From: Candidatus Poribacteria bacterium
GTDB lineage: Bacteria; Poribacteria; WGA-4E; PCPOR2b
DNA length: 64,000 bases
Assembly (NCBI GenBank): GCA_965208675.1
Contig: OZ242351.1
Location: 3,424,001 to 3,488,000, forward strand
Reading direction: 5' to 3'
Shown one piece after another: positions 31,647 to 42,146 of the stretch. Position numbers and translations under genes: made by a program. Each line of letters opens with the position of its first letter. Positions within the stretch are counted from its first letter, which is position 1. The notes beneath the pieces are model-generated. The model saw only the letters and a program-made list of their open reading frames with translations. It did not search any database and had not been told where the DNA came from.

Positions 31647-31743
31647 AATACAGGTCCGTGATAGTTCCCATGAAAGTGATAATCAACGGGAAAACTCTGA
31701 GTCTGTTGCCGCGTGCGCCCTTACCGCGAATTTGCACGACACA

Positions 31744-32487
31744 TCAGGATGCCCGGAACTCCAGAAATCCGCCGATGGCTTTGTAGCCTGAAGGTTCTAG
31801 CACGATAATGGTCGAGCGCCCTACAGCGGATTTCGCCATCGGGAGGGTGACGGTATGGTGCCGTGCGATATAAACGGTAGCGCGTGGGTGGCGATTGATA
31901 AAAACATCAACCGGCTTCATCCGACCAGCATCGGGACCGCCTAGCGGAGGCACGGCATAGTGCATCGGCACAATCCATGTCGGCTTTAGGAACTCAATCA
32001 TGTCGTCGAGGTCGTCCAGCTTTACTGTGTTCCTTTCACCGACAATTGGGATTAGCACATCGCACTTGTTTTCCCACGGCGCCAGCTCTTCGTTACTTAG
32101 TCCATAACCGAGATCTCCCAGATGTGCGAACCATAATCCGCCGGCTTTGAAGGCGTACATGGCGTTATCCATCGGGTCATGCAGGTCATGGTCGGCGGCC
32201 TCGGCTGTGGCGATTGCTACTAACGGTTCACCATTGATTGTTGCCGAAGCTGTCCCCAAAGCCACGTCGAGAGCGTTGATGACGCGGGGATTTCCCCGCA
32301 CGAGCGAAACGTTGTTGTGGGATTCGTCCGTGAGTGAACTTACAATGACGGTGTCGGCGTCGAGGCGCGAGCCGTCATCTTCCAATTGCGTATCGTGATG
32401 GGAGTATGGATCAGTTACGATAGTTGGCTTACCATTCTCCCACAGGCGGAAACACGCGTGACCAACAAATTCGAGTTGTACAGACAA
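31744..32487 (-). CDS. MBL-fold hydrolase-like protein (Lactamase_B_3) with a degenerate metal motif
   Basis: GHACF, VTDPY, HLGDLG, VPMHY; TTG start after GAGGAGG. Confidence 0.75.
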   Translation of the reverse strand: MSVQLEFVGHACFRLWENGKPTIVTDPYSHHDTQLEDDGSRLDADTVIVSSLTDESHNNVSLVRGNPRVINALDVALGTASATINGEPLVAIATAEAADHDLHDPMDNAMYAFKAGGLWFAHLGDLGYGLSNEELAPWENKCDVLIPIVGERNTVKLDDLDDMIEFLKPTWIVPMHYAVPPLGGPDAGRMKPVDVFINRHPRATVYIARHHTVTLPMAKSAVGRSTIIVLEPSGYKAIGGFLEFRAS

Positions 32488-32710
32488 GTTTATTCCTCCT
32501 CAACTACGTTCTAGATTTCGCTAATTTCGGGTGTTCTCATGCACCTTTCAGGACACATTCGTGCAGAATAGGCGGAATCACGCCTCAACGCGCCGCAATG
32601 CTTACTTTCTCCAAAGTCCAGTTAATATCCGGTTTGCCGTATACAGATTCGCGTTTTGGATTGTCTCAGGGGTCATTCTTGCGAACTATCCCGGCTGTAC
32701 AACACTGCTA

Positions 32711-33526
32711 TCACGCCATATAAACGGGTAGGCTGCTATCGTTGCCGCGAAATGCGGCATGATTGCCGCACAACCATAAGAAAATCTCGGCGGCATCATT
32801 GAACGCTCGGTGCCCTTCCCGCGCGTAGAAGTAGTGCCCCTGCCGCATGTTATATATCTGTTCAACGTTGAAATCCGGCTCGATGACCCAATCACGTTCC
32901 GGCGGCGCGGTTCGGACATAGTGGTATTTCATCAGATTACGGGTGCCCGCCGCCGTAGCCACTCCCTTTCGGTGCCAAATATTGTAGAAGCATACGATGA
33001 TGGAACCCGCTGGTGCTGTTGTTGGCATAGCGCCCCGAATTCCGGTATAATGGCCCATATAATCCCCCGCATAGAGGAAGTGTGAACCGGGCAATAAATC
33101 GGTTGGCCCCATTTCCAAGGGGGTATCCTGCGGATAATAGAACACCTTGAGTGAATCTATCTTGGGGCCGTAAAGCGAGCCGGCATCTCGGTGCCATCCG
33201 CCAACCCCGCTTGGGCACACCGCACGATGGTTCGCCATGAAAGTCGGGAGTTGAAAATTTTTGCCCAATAACGATCGGACGACACCAATTGCTTCCGAAT
33301 TGAGAATTACATTGTCAGCGAACCAATCGAGTTCAAAGATTTCGTCAGGCAGCCGAACACGGTCCTGTTCGAAGGGGCCGCCTTCAGCATAGAGGTCGCA
33401 GTAATCGCAGGTTTTTTTGTTAACCTCATCCGGAACGACAGCTTCCAACATCAGAATCCCTTTTCTGCAGAACTCCAAGACTTGAGTGTCCGTCATTGTG
33501 GGTTCGCAGTCGTATGTACGTTTCAT
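32711..33526 (-). CDS. PhyH-family Fe/2OG dioxygenase
   Basis: WHRD, GPTDLLPGSH, IWHRK; N-terminus nearly identical to 25341..26186. Confidence 0.85.
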   Translation of the reverse strand: MKRTYDCEPTMTDTQVLEFCRKGILMLEAVVPDEVNKKTCDYCDLYAEGGPFEQDRVRLPDEIFELDWFADNVILNSEAIGVVRSLLGKNFQLPTFMANHRAVCPSGVGGWHRDAGSLYGPKIDSLKVFYYPQDTPLEMGPTDLLPGSHFLYAGDYMGHYTGIRGAMPTTAPAGSIIVCFYNIWHRKGVATAAGTRNLMKYHYVRTAPPERDWVIEPDFNVEQIYNMRQGHYFYAREGHRAFNDAAEIFLWLCGNHAAFRGNDSSLPVYMA

Positions 33527-33792
33527 GGTAAATGTCCCTCATTTATTCCTAAGATTATTCAATTCAATGGAATTATTTGCCTGAAAACGCTAATGATTGT
33601 TCAAACATTTCATTTAGATGTAAATCCTAAATAGAGGCGCCGGAATGTATTATGCACATTTTGTATTCTATCACAACGGGCATCAGCCCGCAAGAGCAAT
33701 AACCATACTCATCGAGCCAACCGAGTGCCTAGCCAAAAACAGCGATTCGGCACGCCGCCTGCGCAACAAGTTCCTATTGTTCAACTAAACCG

Positions 33793-36141
33793 CTATCCGC
33801 TGCGGGCGGCTTGGAGAATACGATCTGCCCATCCACCGGGTTTGATAGGGCCGCTCAGATCCTCGCCATCTAGGGCGGCGGGCAGCCCCCAGAGTATCAG
33901 GTTAAGGTGGGAGCCGTAATCGCCGAGTACCTCGCCGGTGTTTTCATCACCTCGTGTGCCGCCGGCAGAATTCCAGATGTAGCCCTGTTTAACGATAGCT
34001 TCATAGTCGCGGCGGACTATCTCCAATCCGAATTCGGGTTCTCCTTCATACATGTACATCATGGCAAGGAACGGAAGGTAGCAGGTGAGGATCGTATAAG
34101 TCCCGAACCCGATATTTTGGACCGGCGTTCCGTCCGGGTTGGCGTAGTTAAGTGCACCAAATTCGGTAAGGGCAACATTTGTCCGCTTTATGGTATCCAG
34201 CGTGGTCTTCACCCGATCACTTCGGAAGACACCATCTAACCCTTCAGACCTTGCCATCCACTCGCCATCCAACTGGTAGGCAAGGATTAGGTCGGATTTT
34301 TTGCCGGTTGTGGGTTCGAAATAGTTCAAGTAGTAATCTCCGGTCCACAGTTTGGTCTCCAATGAATTACTTCCCTGAGCAAACCAGTCTCTACATTGGT
34401 CGGCGAACGCCGTATCCCCCATTTCTTCAGCCATGCGTTCAGCCATCTTTAGATGCGCTAGGTGGATACCTGCCACATGAGCCGTCATTCCGTGGTACTC
34501 GCACATCTCAATCCAATCGGTACCGAACCCCGGTGCAAAACCTAGTATGGAGGCGTTCTGTTCATGCGCAACGCTGATTATGCCGTCGGGACCGAGATCG
34601 GGCCTCAAATTCATGGTGTAAATTGTAGTCTTCTTTACGGATTCGTAGAATTCTTTCAGCATCTCATCGTCGCCGGTACAATTCCAATACCGATTCACAA
34701 TATCCACATATTGGGGGGCGTTGGTTGCGGTCTGCCAGCCGGGGGTTGCACTCACCATACCGCATGGGGGGGTATGGTAACTAAACCCGCTAAACATGAA
34801 TGCGGTGGCACCTTCCGGACTCTGATACGCCTTGAATGCGCGAAGCGTGGACAACGCCAGTTCGGGGAAGAAGTAGACGAGTGGAATGTTTCCCTCGAAG
34901 GTTGGGGGCAGGCATTCAATCTGCGGGCAATATTTAGGGGATTCATTCATGCCGAAAATACCATCTTCCTCGCGGCACCACTCCCCAATCGGCGGTTCCG
35001 CCACTGCCCACATGCTGTTTTCAGCGATGTGGTTTAAGCCATTCAGCAGCGAATCCTGCAACCATCCGGGCAATTTCTCCTCTGAATAGAAGACTTGCTG
35101 CCAAGCTAGAATGCGTTTTAATAAGGATTCATGATTTTCAGCCAAAACCTGCGCCGCGTCAAGCGCACTGCGATATCTGGTGGTGTACATATGTGTGTAC
35201 GTATATCCACCCGCCGTAGGTGTTCCTCCACCTTTCCAACGCGGGCTATACCAACCGAGGACAAACCGTACAATTTTAGTTTCATGCGGGTCAAGAGAAA
35301 AGTCGACCGCCAGGGATGAGCCTGGCTTATATCCTAAGGCTTCAGGAAGCTGACTTTCAATTTTTGCCCAAGCTTCCCCATTGATACCGAGTTCCCCGCC
35401 ATACCGGATTTTTTCGTTTCCTACTACGCCCAAGGCATATCCGATGCCGCGGCTATTTGTCACCGAGATTCCCGAGAAAGTCCCTTCTGCGGCTTCACGG
35501 GCAAACGTCGTTGCGTCTTCCATCTCCTCATCAGAGGGGCCAGGGAAACTGAAGGCGACGGTACCGCTCTGCGGGGTATCTTTCACGTTGCGCAGGTGCA
35601 CCTCGAAGACTGCACCGGGAAGGAGGGACATATCGACATCTCCCGGAATGAACGGCGCCCAAGCCCTCATTCCTACGCTGACGGGCGTGTCTTGAAGGTC
35701 GTATTCCACATCAGCTACCGGATAGTGGCCCCAGTAATGGATTTCACGGAGTGGATCCCGCGGCAGGCTTCGGAGTTTCGGTTCGCCCGCTTCCCAGTAA
35801 CATACCCAGTCTTGGGCACATTGCGCCTTCGTCAGTAACCGCGGTTCACCGTCAACGCTGATACCTAAGAATGGGCGGTTGACTAGCCGCCGAGGGACAT
35901 GAGAGTTAAAGAGTGTGCAGAGCCCGAAGGTTCCATTGACCTCAAGGTCTATACATCCGGTGTCGATCGCCCCTAGCGGCATACCCTCGTTAGGCGGGCC
36001 CAATTCAATTCCGGTTTCGCTGCGAGTGCGCTTCGTAGTAAAAATCATCCCGCTTACGGGCGCGGTAAATCCTTCTGCTTCAAACCTTATCCACTCCCGT
36101 TCAGGGAGATCTGTCGGGAAGAGTTTCTGATAATCATTCAT
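33793..36141 (-). CDS. GH116 family glycoside hydrolase (non-lysosomal glucosylceramidase-like)
   Basis: GMPLGAIDTG, APFIPGD, YFFPELA, LWTGDYY, QLDGEW; AAGGAG RBS before ATG 36141. Confidence 0.8.
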   Translation of the reverse strand: MNDYQKLFPTDLPEREWIRFEAEGFTAPVSGMIFTTKRTRSETGIELGPPNEGMPLGAIDTGCIDLEVNGTFGLCTLFNSHVPRRLVNRPFLGISVDGEPRLLTKAQCAQDWVCYWEAGEPKLRSLPRDPLREIHYWGHYPVADVEYDLQDTPVSVGMRAWAPFIPGDVDMSLLPGAVFEVHLRNVKDTPQSGTVAFSFPGPSDEEMEDATTFAREAAEGTFSGISVTNSRGIGYALGVVGNEKIRYGGELGINGEAWAKIESQLPEALGYKPGSSLAVDFSLDPHETKIVRFVLGWYSPRWKGGGTPTAGGYTYTHMYTTRYRSALDAAQVLAENHESLLKRILAWQQVFYSEEKLPGWLQDSLLNGLNHIAENSMWAVAEPPIGEWCREEDGIFGMNESPKYCPQIECLPPTFEGNIPLVYFFPELALSTLRAFKAYQSPEGATAFMFSGFSYHTPPCGMVSATPGWQTATNAPQYVDIVNRYWNCTGDDEMLKEFYESVKKTTIYTMNLRPDLGPDGIISVAHEQNASILGFAPGFGTDWIEMCEYHGMTAHVAGIHLAHLKMAERMAEEMGDTAFADQCRDWFAQGSNSLETKLWTGDYYLNYFEPTTGKKSDLILAYQLDGEWMARSEGLDGVFRSDRVKTTLDTIKRTNVALTEFGALNYANPDGTPVQNIGFGTYTILTCYLPFLAMMYMYEGEPEFGLEIVRRDYEAIVKQGYIWNSAGGTRGDENTGEVLGDYGSHLNLILWGLPAALDGEDLSGPIKPGGWADRILQAARSG

Positions 36142-36445
36142 GAATTTTCTCCTTACAATTTCACCATCTGCACGCACAGCGATGTTTGCCGCGAGAGTTT
36201 CCCCCTCCCCAAATTCATGGTAACTACAAGGATTTTCAAAAGCAATGCCAGACGTTTTTGCCATGTAAAATCCTTGAGTTATTGGCGAATTGATAGGGCA
36301 GCCAATTTGAGGGATTTCTTCACCTAGTAAGTGACGCGAACAGTTCCTTCATATTCAACGTTTTGGCAGGTTTGAAATGAAACGAAGCACCGGCGAATGG
36401 GCATAGATATACTACTGCAATGCACAAGAGAGACAGGACAAAGCG

Positions 36446-37825
36446 TTATGCAAGAACTTCCGATATTATTTTGCCGTGCACATCGGTTAACCGAAAGTCG
36501 CGACCCCCATAGCGGTAGGTGAGTTTCGTGTGGTCAATCCCCATCAAGTGCAAGATGGTGGCGTGGTAGTCATGGACATGGCACGGCTGCGAGACAATGC
36601 CTAAACCATACTCATCCGATTCGCCATATGCTACGCCGCCCTTAATACCGGCGCCCGCGAGCAAACAGGTAAACGCTGTGCCATGGTGGTTGCGGCCTAC
36701 GCCGTCCGAAAACGGCGTGCGGCCGAACTCGGTACAGATTGCGATAAGCGTTTCATCAAACATACCACGTTGCTTCAAATCTTTGACTAGCGCTGAGAGC
36801 GGCAGATCGACGCGTCGGGCTTTTGGACGATGTTCTTCCATGTTGCCGTGGGCGTCCCAGTTATCATTTGAGCCAGTGTCGATGAGTTCCACCACGCGTA
36901 CGCCGTGTTCGACCATCCTTCGAGCCACCAAACACTGCCAAGCGAACGATTTGTTGTCGTCTCTTTTTAGTCCGTACAGGTTTAGCGTGGCATCGCTCTC
37001 CTTTGATACATCGAACATCTGCGGCGCGGCACGCGCCATACCCTTAGCGGTGTTGTCAGCATTCATTCGGGCACGCAGTTCCAAATCGCCGGGGCGCTGC
37101 TGTGCGTGAATTTCGTTGACATCGTGCAGCATGATTCGTTCAAGTTCCGCCAGCTTTAGCGACCTAGAGTTGGATTTTAGATTACTTATCGGTTCGTCTC
37201 CCGGAATGACGCGTACACCTTGATGCACCGGCGGCAAGAAATGACTGTCCCACACCTGCGACCCGGAGTAGGGAATACGCTCGCACAACACCATGTACGA
37301 TGGCAGGTCGAGGTTTTCCGTGCCGAGCCCATAACTCAACCATGCGCCGATGCTCGGCATCGGTACTGTTGCGGATCCGGTGTGCATGGCAAGCGTCGCT
37401 TGAAAATGCTCTACAAGATCGGTGTGCATGCTTCTTATCACGCATAGGTCGTCCACTATGCCCCCAAGGTGAGGGAACAACTCGCTAATCATAAGCCCGG
37501 ACTCGCCGTACGGCTGAAATTTGAAGGGTGAGCCCTTTGCCGGTTGCGTGGTGTTTCCCCACGCCGGAATTTCTTTGCCGTGATCCTGCTGCAGTTTCGG
37601 TTTATAGTCGAAAGTATCGACGTGCGAGAACCCGCCCGTAAGGAACACGAAAATCAGGTTTTTAGCCTTCGCCGGATGATGGGTCAGCTTGGGCGCCAAA
37701 GGATGTCCGTTGTGGAACTCTGCGGCGAGACACAGTTTGGTTATAGGACCAAGCATAGTGGTGGCGCACCCGGTGAGTGCATAGTTCAGAAAACGCCGTC
37801 GATTGATTCGATGTTCTTCTTTCAT
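36446..37825 (-). CDS. DUF1501 domain protein (Tat-exported)
   Basis: NRRRFL Tat motif, GGFSHVDTFDYKP, WDAH, EFGRTP, GRDFRLTDV. Confidence 0.9.
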   Translation of the reverse strand: MKEEHRINRRRFLNYALTGCATTMLGPITKLCLAAEFHNGHPLAPKLTHHPAKAKNLIFVFLTGGFSHVDTFDYKPKLQQDHGKEIPAWGNTTQPAKGSPFKFQPYGESGLMISELFPHLGGIVDDLCVIRSMHTDLVEHFQATLAMHTGSATVPMPSIGAWLSYGLGTENLDLPSYMVLCERIPYSGSQVWDSHFLPPVHQGVRVIPGDEPISNLKSNSRSLKLAELERIMLHDVNEIHAQQRPGDLELRARMNADNTAKGMARAAPQMFDVSKESDATLNLYGLKRDDNKSFAWQCLVARRMVEHGVRVVELIDTGSNDNWDAHGNMEEHRPKARRVDLPLSALVKDLKQRGMFDETLIAICTEFGRTPFSDGVGRNHHGTAFTCLLAGAGIKGGVAYGESDEYGLGIVSQPCHVHDYHATILHLMGIDHTKLTYRYGGRDFRLTDVHGKIISEVLA

Positions 37826-37850
37826 GGTTGCACCTGCCTGTCTATTGAAG

Positions 37851-40397
37851 TTAGTCAATGTAAAGAAATTCGTTGGCTGTCAATACGACTCGCGCGTAGC
37901 TTGACCACGTCTCCAATTCACGTTGTTCAGGCGACATGTCGTACGCATTGAGTTCTTGAGACACTTGTGCGATATATTCTGTTGCCCGCTGCTGTTCGCC
38001 AATGTATGCTTCACGTCCATAAGCGACCTGGTGGGCGCGGTTGACACGCTGGGCAGAATCTTTGGACGATTCAATTAATCGGTTCGCAAAAGCCGCCGCC
38101 TGTTCTTGCACCCACGGGTGATTCCTCAAAAACAGAGATTGTTGCGGGACGGTTGATTGCTTTCGCTTGCCGGTAGTCGTGTTGGTGTCTGGCGAATCAA
38201 ATAGACCGAGGAACGGGTGGCGCTGAAGCCGCTGCGTCATCAGATAAACGCTGCGATGATTGGATGGATAGGTCTTCTTCTTGAACGGGTAATGCTGCGT
38301 CCATCTCCACGTACTTGCGGGTGGAAATGGATGTCCTCCTGGTGGGTTTAGCTTCAGAAGACCGCTGACTGCCATCATTGCATCCCGTATTGCTTCGGCT
38401 TGGAGCCGGCGACGGTCAAATCGCCAATGATAGGCATTGGCTGGGTCTATTGAGGCATTCTGAGCGTTATAATCACTCGCGAGTTGATAGGTTTTCGAGG
38501 AGAGAATTAGCCGGTGCATCTCCTTAATCGACCAGCCGCTCTCGACGAACCGCTCCGCTAGATAATCAAGCAATTTTGGATGCGTTGGCATGGCGCCGCT
38601 GCGTCCAAAATTGGATGGCGTTGGCACAATGCCCTTTCCAAAGTGGTATTGCCAGATACGATTGACCATGACCCGCGCAGTCAGAGGATTCGCCTGGTTG
38701 GTCAGCCACTCCGCCAATTGAAGGCGGCCGCTCTGCCCGCCGGGAATGTCAAGAGAACTGTTGCCGTTCAGGAATTTGGGCGTGTTTCTTATGGCTACGG
38801 GCCCCGTCTCCTTTGGATTTCCCCCAATTTGAATGGGGACATCCTCAGGGGTACCATCTTGGACAGCATAGGCTTGAGGTAAATCGCCGGGGAGGTCGGA
38901 CCGCGCGAGTTGCTGCTTGAGTTCCTTTTTCATTCTGTCAATTTGCCGTTTAACTCTGTCACGGCGTTCTGTGAGCATCTGCTTTTGTGATTCGATAGCT
39001 GTAATATCCTGCCCCGCCTCCTTCAGTGCAGCAATTTCCTTGTTGACGCTTTCAACAATGAGATTCAACTCATCACGTTTTTTTGCCGGCACACTTTTAC
39101 CTTCGAGTCGATTCATCTCGTCTTGAATCTGGGCAAGCTGTTTCCGATGCGAATCGACTCTTGGTTGAGCTTGCTCTGGCAGTAATAACGGGACGAAATT
39201 CATACGCCGTTCGCTGCCGAACCGGAAAAGTTCGGAGCCGGTATAAGGATACTGTGTGCTAGCGAAAATGCCATAGAGGGCATAGTAGTCTTCCATGGTA
39301 ACCGGGTCGAACTTGTGGTCGTGACAGCGTGCGCACCGGAGCGTCATTCCCATAAACGCGCGCCCTACCGTCTCAATGGTATCTTCAATTATGAGGTGGC
39401 GCAATTCGTACGGAGATGTACCGTAACGGCGTGACAAAGCGACGAACCCGGTTGCAATCACCTGCTCGGCAAAGCGTTCCGGACTTCCACCCTTAGCGAG
39501 GATGTCACCGGCTAGCTGCTCTTGAATAAACTGGTTGTACGGCTTGTCCGTATTAAACGCATCAATGATATAATCTCGGTATTGATGAATCTCGGGTATG
39601 GGATAATCTGCGTTGTCACCTGCCGTATCCGCGTAGCGTACTACATCCATCCAATGCCGTCCCCAGCGCTCGCCATATCGGGGTGAGGCTAACAGTTTCT
39701 CCACAAGATTCTCAAATGCATCGGGGGATGTGTCATTTACAAACGCGGAAACCGTGTCGGGCGACGGCGGCAAGCCGATGAGACCGAAGTAGACGCGCCG
39801 GATGAGCGTTCGCTTGTCCGCAAGAGGGTTGGGAGACAACTCATGTGCGTCCCACCCGGCAGTGATGAATTGGTCAATTGGGTGATTTGACCAAGCGTTT
39901 GACGGGACGAGCGGTTCAACCTTTTTCACCGGTTCAAACGACCAGTGGGGTTCGACCGGATCGGACTCTTCCGCACCCCAAGTTGACTCCGCTGGCCACA
40001 AGGCGCCACTGCTCACCCAGTTTTCAAAGTCGGCTACAACGTGATTTGGGAGTTTCTCGTCAGGCGGCATGTGAACATATGCCGTATCGTCATGCCGAAT
40101 CGCCTCAAGCAACAAACTTGCGTCCGGCTGGCCGGGAACAATGGCTGGACCGTGATATCCGCCTTCAATCAAAGCTTCCCGCGAATCTACCCGGAAACCG
40201 TTGTTGACCTCCTCGCCGCCGTGACAGTTGAAACAGGTGTTTAACAACACGGGACGAATTTTCGCCTCAAAAAAAGCGTGCTGTTCATCTTGAAATTCTT
40301 GCTCGGCGCCTGTCGCCGCCGCTAGATTGAGGCAAAATGGTATGGATAAAGTAACTACAATTCCCATTAAAAATACGATTCTATTCCGCCTTAGCAT
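37851..40397 (-). CDS. PSD1 / planctomycete cytochrome c protein (PSCyt1, DUF1549, DUF1553)
   Basis: FFEAKIRPVL..CFNCH, YGERWGRHWMD, CARCHDHKFDP, NPLTARVMVNRIWQ. Confidence 0.9.
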   Translation of the reverse strand: MLRRNRIVFLMGIVVTLSIPFCLNLAAATGAEQEFQDEQHAFFEAKIRPVLLNTCFNCHGGEEVNNGFRVDSREALIEGGYHGPAIVPGQPDASLLLEAIRHDDTAYVHMPPDEKLPNHVVADFENWVSSGALWPAESTWGAEESDPVEPHWSFEPVKKVEPLVPSNAWSNHPIDQFITAGWDAHELSPNPLADKRTLIRRVYFGLIGLPPSPDTVSAFVNDTSPDAFENLVEKLLASPRYGERWGRHWMDVVRYADTAGDNADYPIPEIHQYRDYIIDAFNTDKPYNQFIQEQLAGDILAKGGSPERFAEQVIATGFVALSRRYGTSPYELRHLIIEDTIETVGRAFMGMTLRCARCHDHKFDPVTMEDYYALYGIFASTQYPYTGSELFRFGSERRMNFVPLLLPEQAQPRVDSHRKQLAQIQDEMNRLEGKSVPAKKRDELNLIVESVNKEIAALKEAGQDITAIESQKQMLTERRDRVKRQIDRMKKELKQQLARSDLPGDLPQAYAVQDGTPEDVPIQIGGNPKETGPVAIRNTPKFLNGNSSLDIPGGQSGRLQLAEWLTNQANPLTARVMVNRIWQYHFGKGIVPTPSNFGRSGAMPTHPKLLDYLAERFVESGWSIKEMHRLILSSKTYQLASDYNAQNASIDPANAYHWRFDRRRLQAEAIRDAMMAVSGLLKLNPPGGHPFPPASTWRWTQHYPFKKKTYPSNHRSVYLMTQRLQRHPFLGLFDSPDTNTTTGKRKQSTVPQQSLFLRNHPWVQEQAAAFANRLIESSKDSAQRVNRAHQVAYGREAYIGEQQRATEYIAQVSQELNAYDMSPEQRELETWSSYARVVLTANEFLYID

Positions 40398-40676
40398 TTT
40401 AAACTCCCCATAGGTTGCTAAATTGTACCTGAAAAATACTAAAATCTCAAGGAAAATCAAGGTACGGCATTGCTTGGCGGTAATGAAAATTAAAGCGCAG
40501 GCGCCTAACAAAACTTATCTTGGAGATTGCGTGAGGCAAATCGAACAATAATCTCACACCGTACGGGAATTTTTGCCAACAAATCCTCGCTTGAAACTTG
40601 ACAAATCGGGTTGGTTTATTTCTCGCTAGTTTTTTGGATTGCGCATTTGCTATAATTTTAAAGTTTGTTTGAAGAG

Positions 40677-40812
40677 TCATTTGATTCGATTTTTCATCAA
40701 GTAAATGTAAGCGATGTACACCATAGTCTCAGCAGTGCTAGGATATCGTTCATAATCCAAAGTCAATCGACGAAACCAACCATGCCAAGAAAATGTGCCT
40801 TCAACAATTGAG
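40677..40812 (-). mobile_element. IS5-family transposase C-terminal remnant
   Basis: IVEGTFSW..WFRRL..DYER....E.M..IA motif. Confidence 0.7.
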
Positions 40813-40825
40813 AGCGATAGCGTGT

Positions 40826-41178
40826 CGCATTGCCATGACGGACCGTGGGAAACCGCGGCAGAATCCATACGTTGAGAGTACGATTGGCAGAATCAAAGAC
40901 GAGTATGTCGTTGACTCTGAGTATCAGAATTTCCACGATGCATACAACCAACTTAGTCTAGTATTAGATGTCGTGTATAATCAGAAAAGGCCTCATTCAG
41001 CGCTAGGCTATCGGACACCTGCTGAATTCGAGGCAGCGTATAATGCACACTAGAACACCAATTGAAATTTCATCTTGAATCAACTACGCAGCACTAACAC
41101 AGTTATAGGTAAGTCCTAAACTTCAAAATACCTTCTTAACATCAACAATTTCGTGTCCAAACAATTGGGGTCTCTGCC
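40826..41178 (+). mobile_element. IS3-family transposase (integrase core) 3' remnant with a probable right end
   Basis: GKPRQNPYVES....IKDE...YNQKRPHSALGYRTPAEF; GTGTCCAAACAATTGGGGTC resembles an IS3 end. Confidence 0.75.
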
Positions 41179-41225
41179 GATTACCTTATATAGTTCCTCA
41201 CGAACCGAAGAAAGGAATTACAGAA

Positions 41226-42137
41226 ATGAAGAGACAGGAAAGTTATCACAAATTGTTTGTGATTATCCTTCTGTTACTATGGCCCGCTTCCAAGGCTCTT
41301 GCACTTGAGCTTGAGCCGTCCCCGGCTGGGGGTGGCTGGCTCGAGGTCCAAAAGCGGGGTGGGTATGCAGTTGCTAACGACCATGATGATTTTGACGCCA
41401 ATCTAGTTGATGAAGCCACAATTGAAATGTGGATTTACCTCAAAAGGGCACCCACGTGGCGCGAGTCGTGGGTTTTATTACACAAAGAAGGCTGCTATCT
41501 AGTAATATTAGGCGGGCATAGTATTGGTGGCTTCTTTGGAGAAGTTAATCGCTTGGGGGAGAATCAGGTTTCTAATCTGACTTTCCACGTGACGCATCCA
41601 AAAGGTTCTAGCAGAAGTTCACGTTCCCAGTTTAAGGAAAACCTGCCGTTGAATAAGTGGCATCATCTGGCTTTTATTGTTGGTAACAGAGGAATCGTGC
41701 TCTATCTCAATGGAGTGCGGGAGCTCGGCGATCCACAAACTCCGCACGGTCCGTTGCCTGATTCAGAATTTCCACTATTTATCGGCGGGACGGGCATCGT
41801 GGAGACTGAATTCTTAGCGCATGTCGATGCTAAGTGGAATAAATTTGGCTGGCTTCGATTTACCGGTGGCCTCATTGATGAAGTGAGAGTCTCAAACATA
41901 GCCCGTTATCTACCGGAGGAGTTTTTTGTTGCGACACCACGCGGTCGATTGGAAGCTGATGAAAACACGCTTGCCCTCTGGCATTTTGATGGCGGGCGAT
42001 CTGAATGGCTCAAGGATGCTACCGGAAACGGACACACGTTGACTGATGTGGATTTGGCGTATTTACATGTGGAGGGTCATGGGAAACTACCCACGCTTTG
42101 GGGAAAAATCAAAAAACGTGAAGCGATTTCACGTTAG
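41226..42137 (+). CDS. Secreted LamG domain protein
   Basis: Signal peptide, TIEMW, WHHLA, IDEVRVSN.ARY, C-terminal GKLPTLWGKIK. Confidence 0.82.
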   Translation: MKRQESYHKLFVIILLLLWPASKALALELEPSPAGGGWLEVQKRGGYAVANDHDDFDANLVDEATIEMWIYLKRAPTWRESWVLLHKEGCYLVILGGHSIGGFFGEVNRLGENQVSNLTFHVTHPKGSSRSSRSQFKENLPLNKWHHLAFIVGNRGIVLYLNGVRELGDPQTPHGPLPDSEFPLFIGGTGIVETEFLAHVDAKWNKFGWLRFTGGLIDEVRVSNIARYLPEEFFVATPRGRLEADENTLALWHFDGGRSEWLKDATGNGHTLTDVDLAYLHVEGHGKLPTLWGKIKKREAISR

Positions 42138-42146
42138 GAGTACCGC

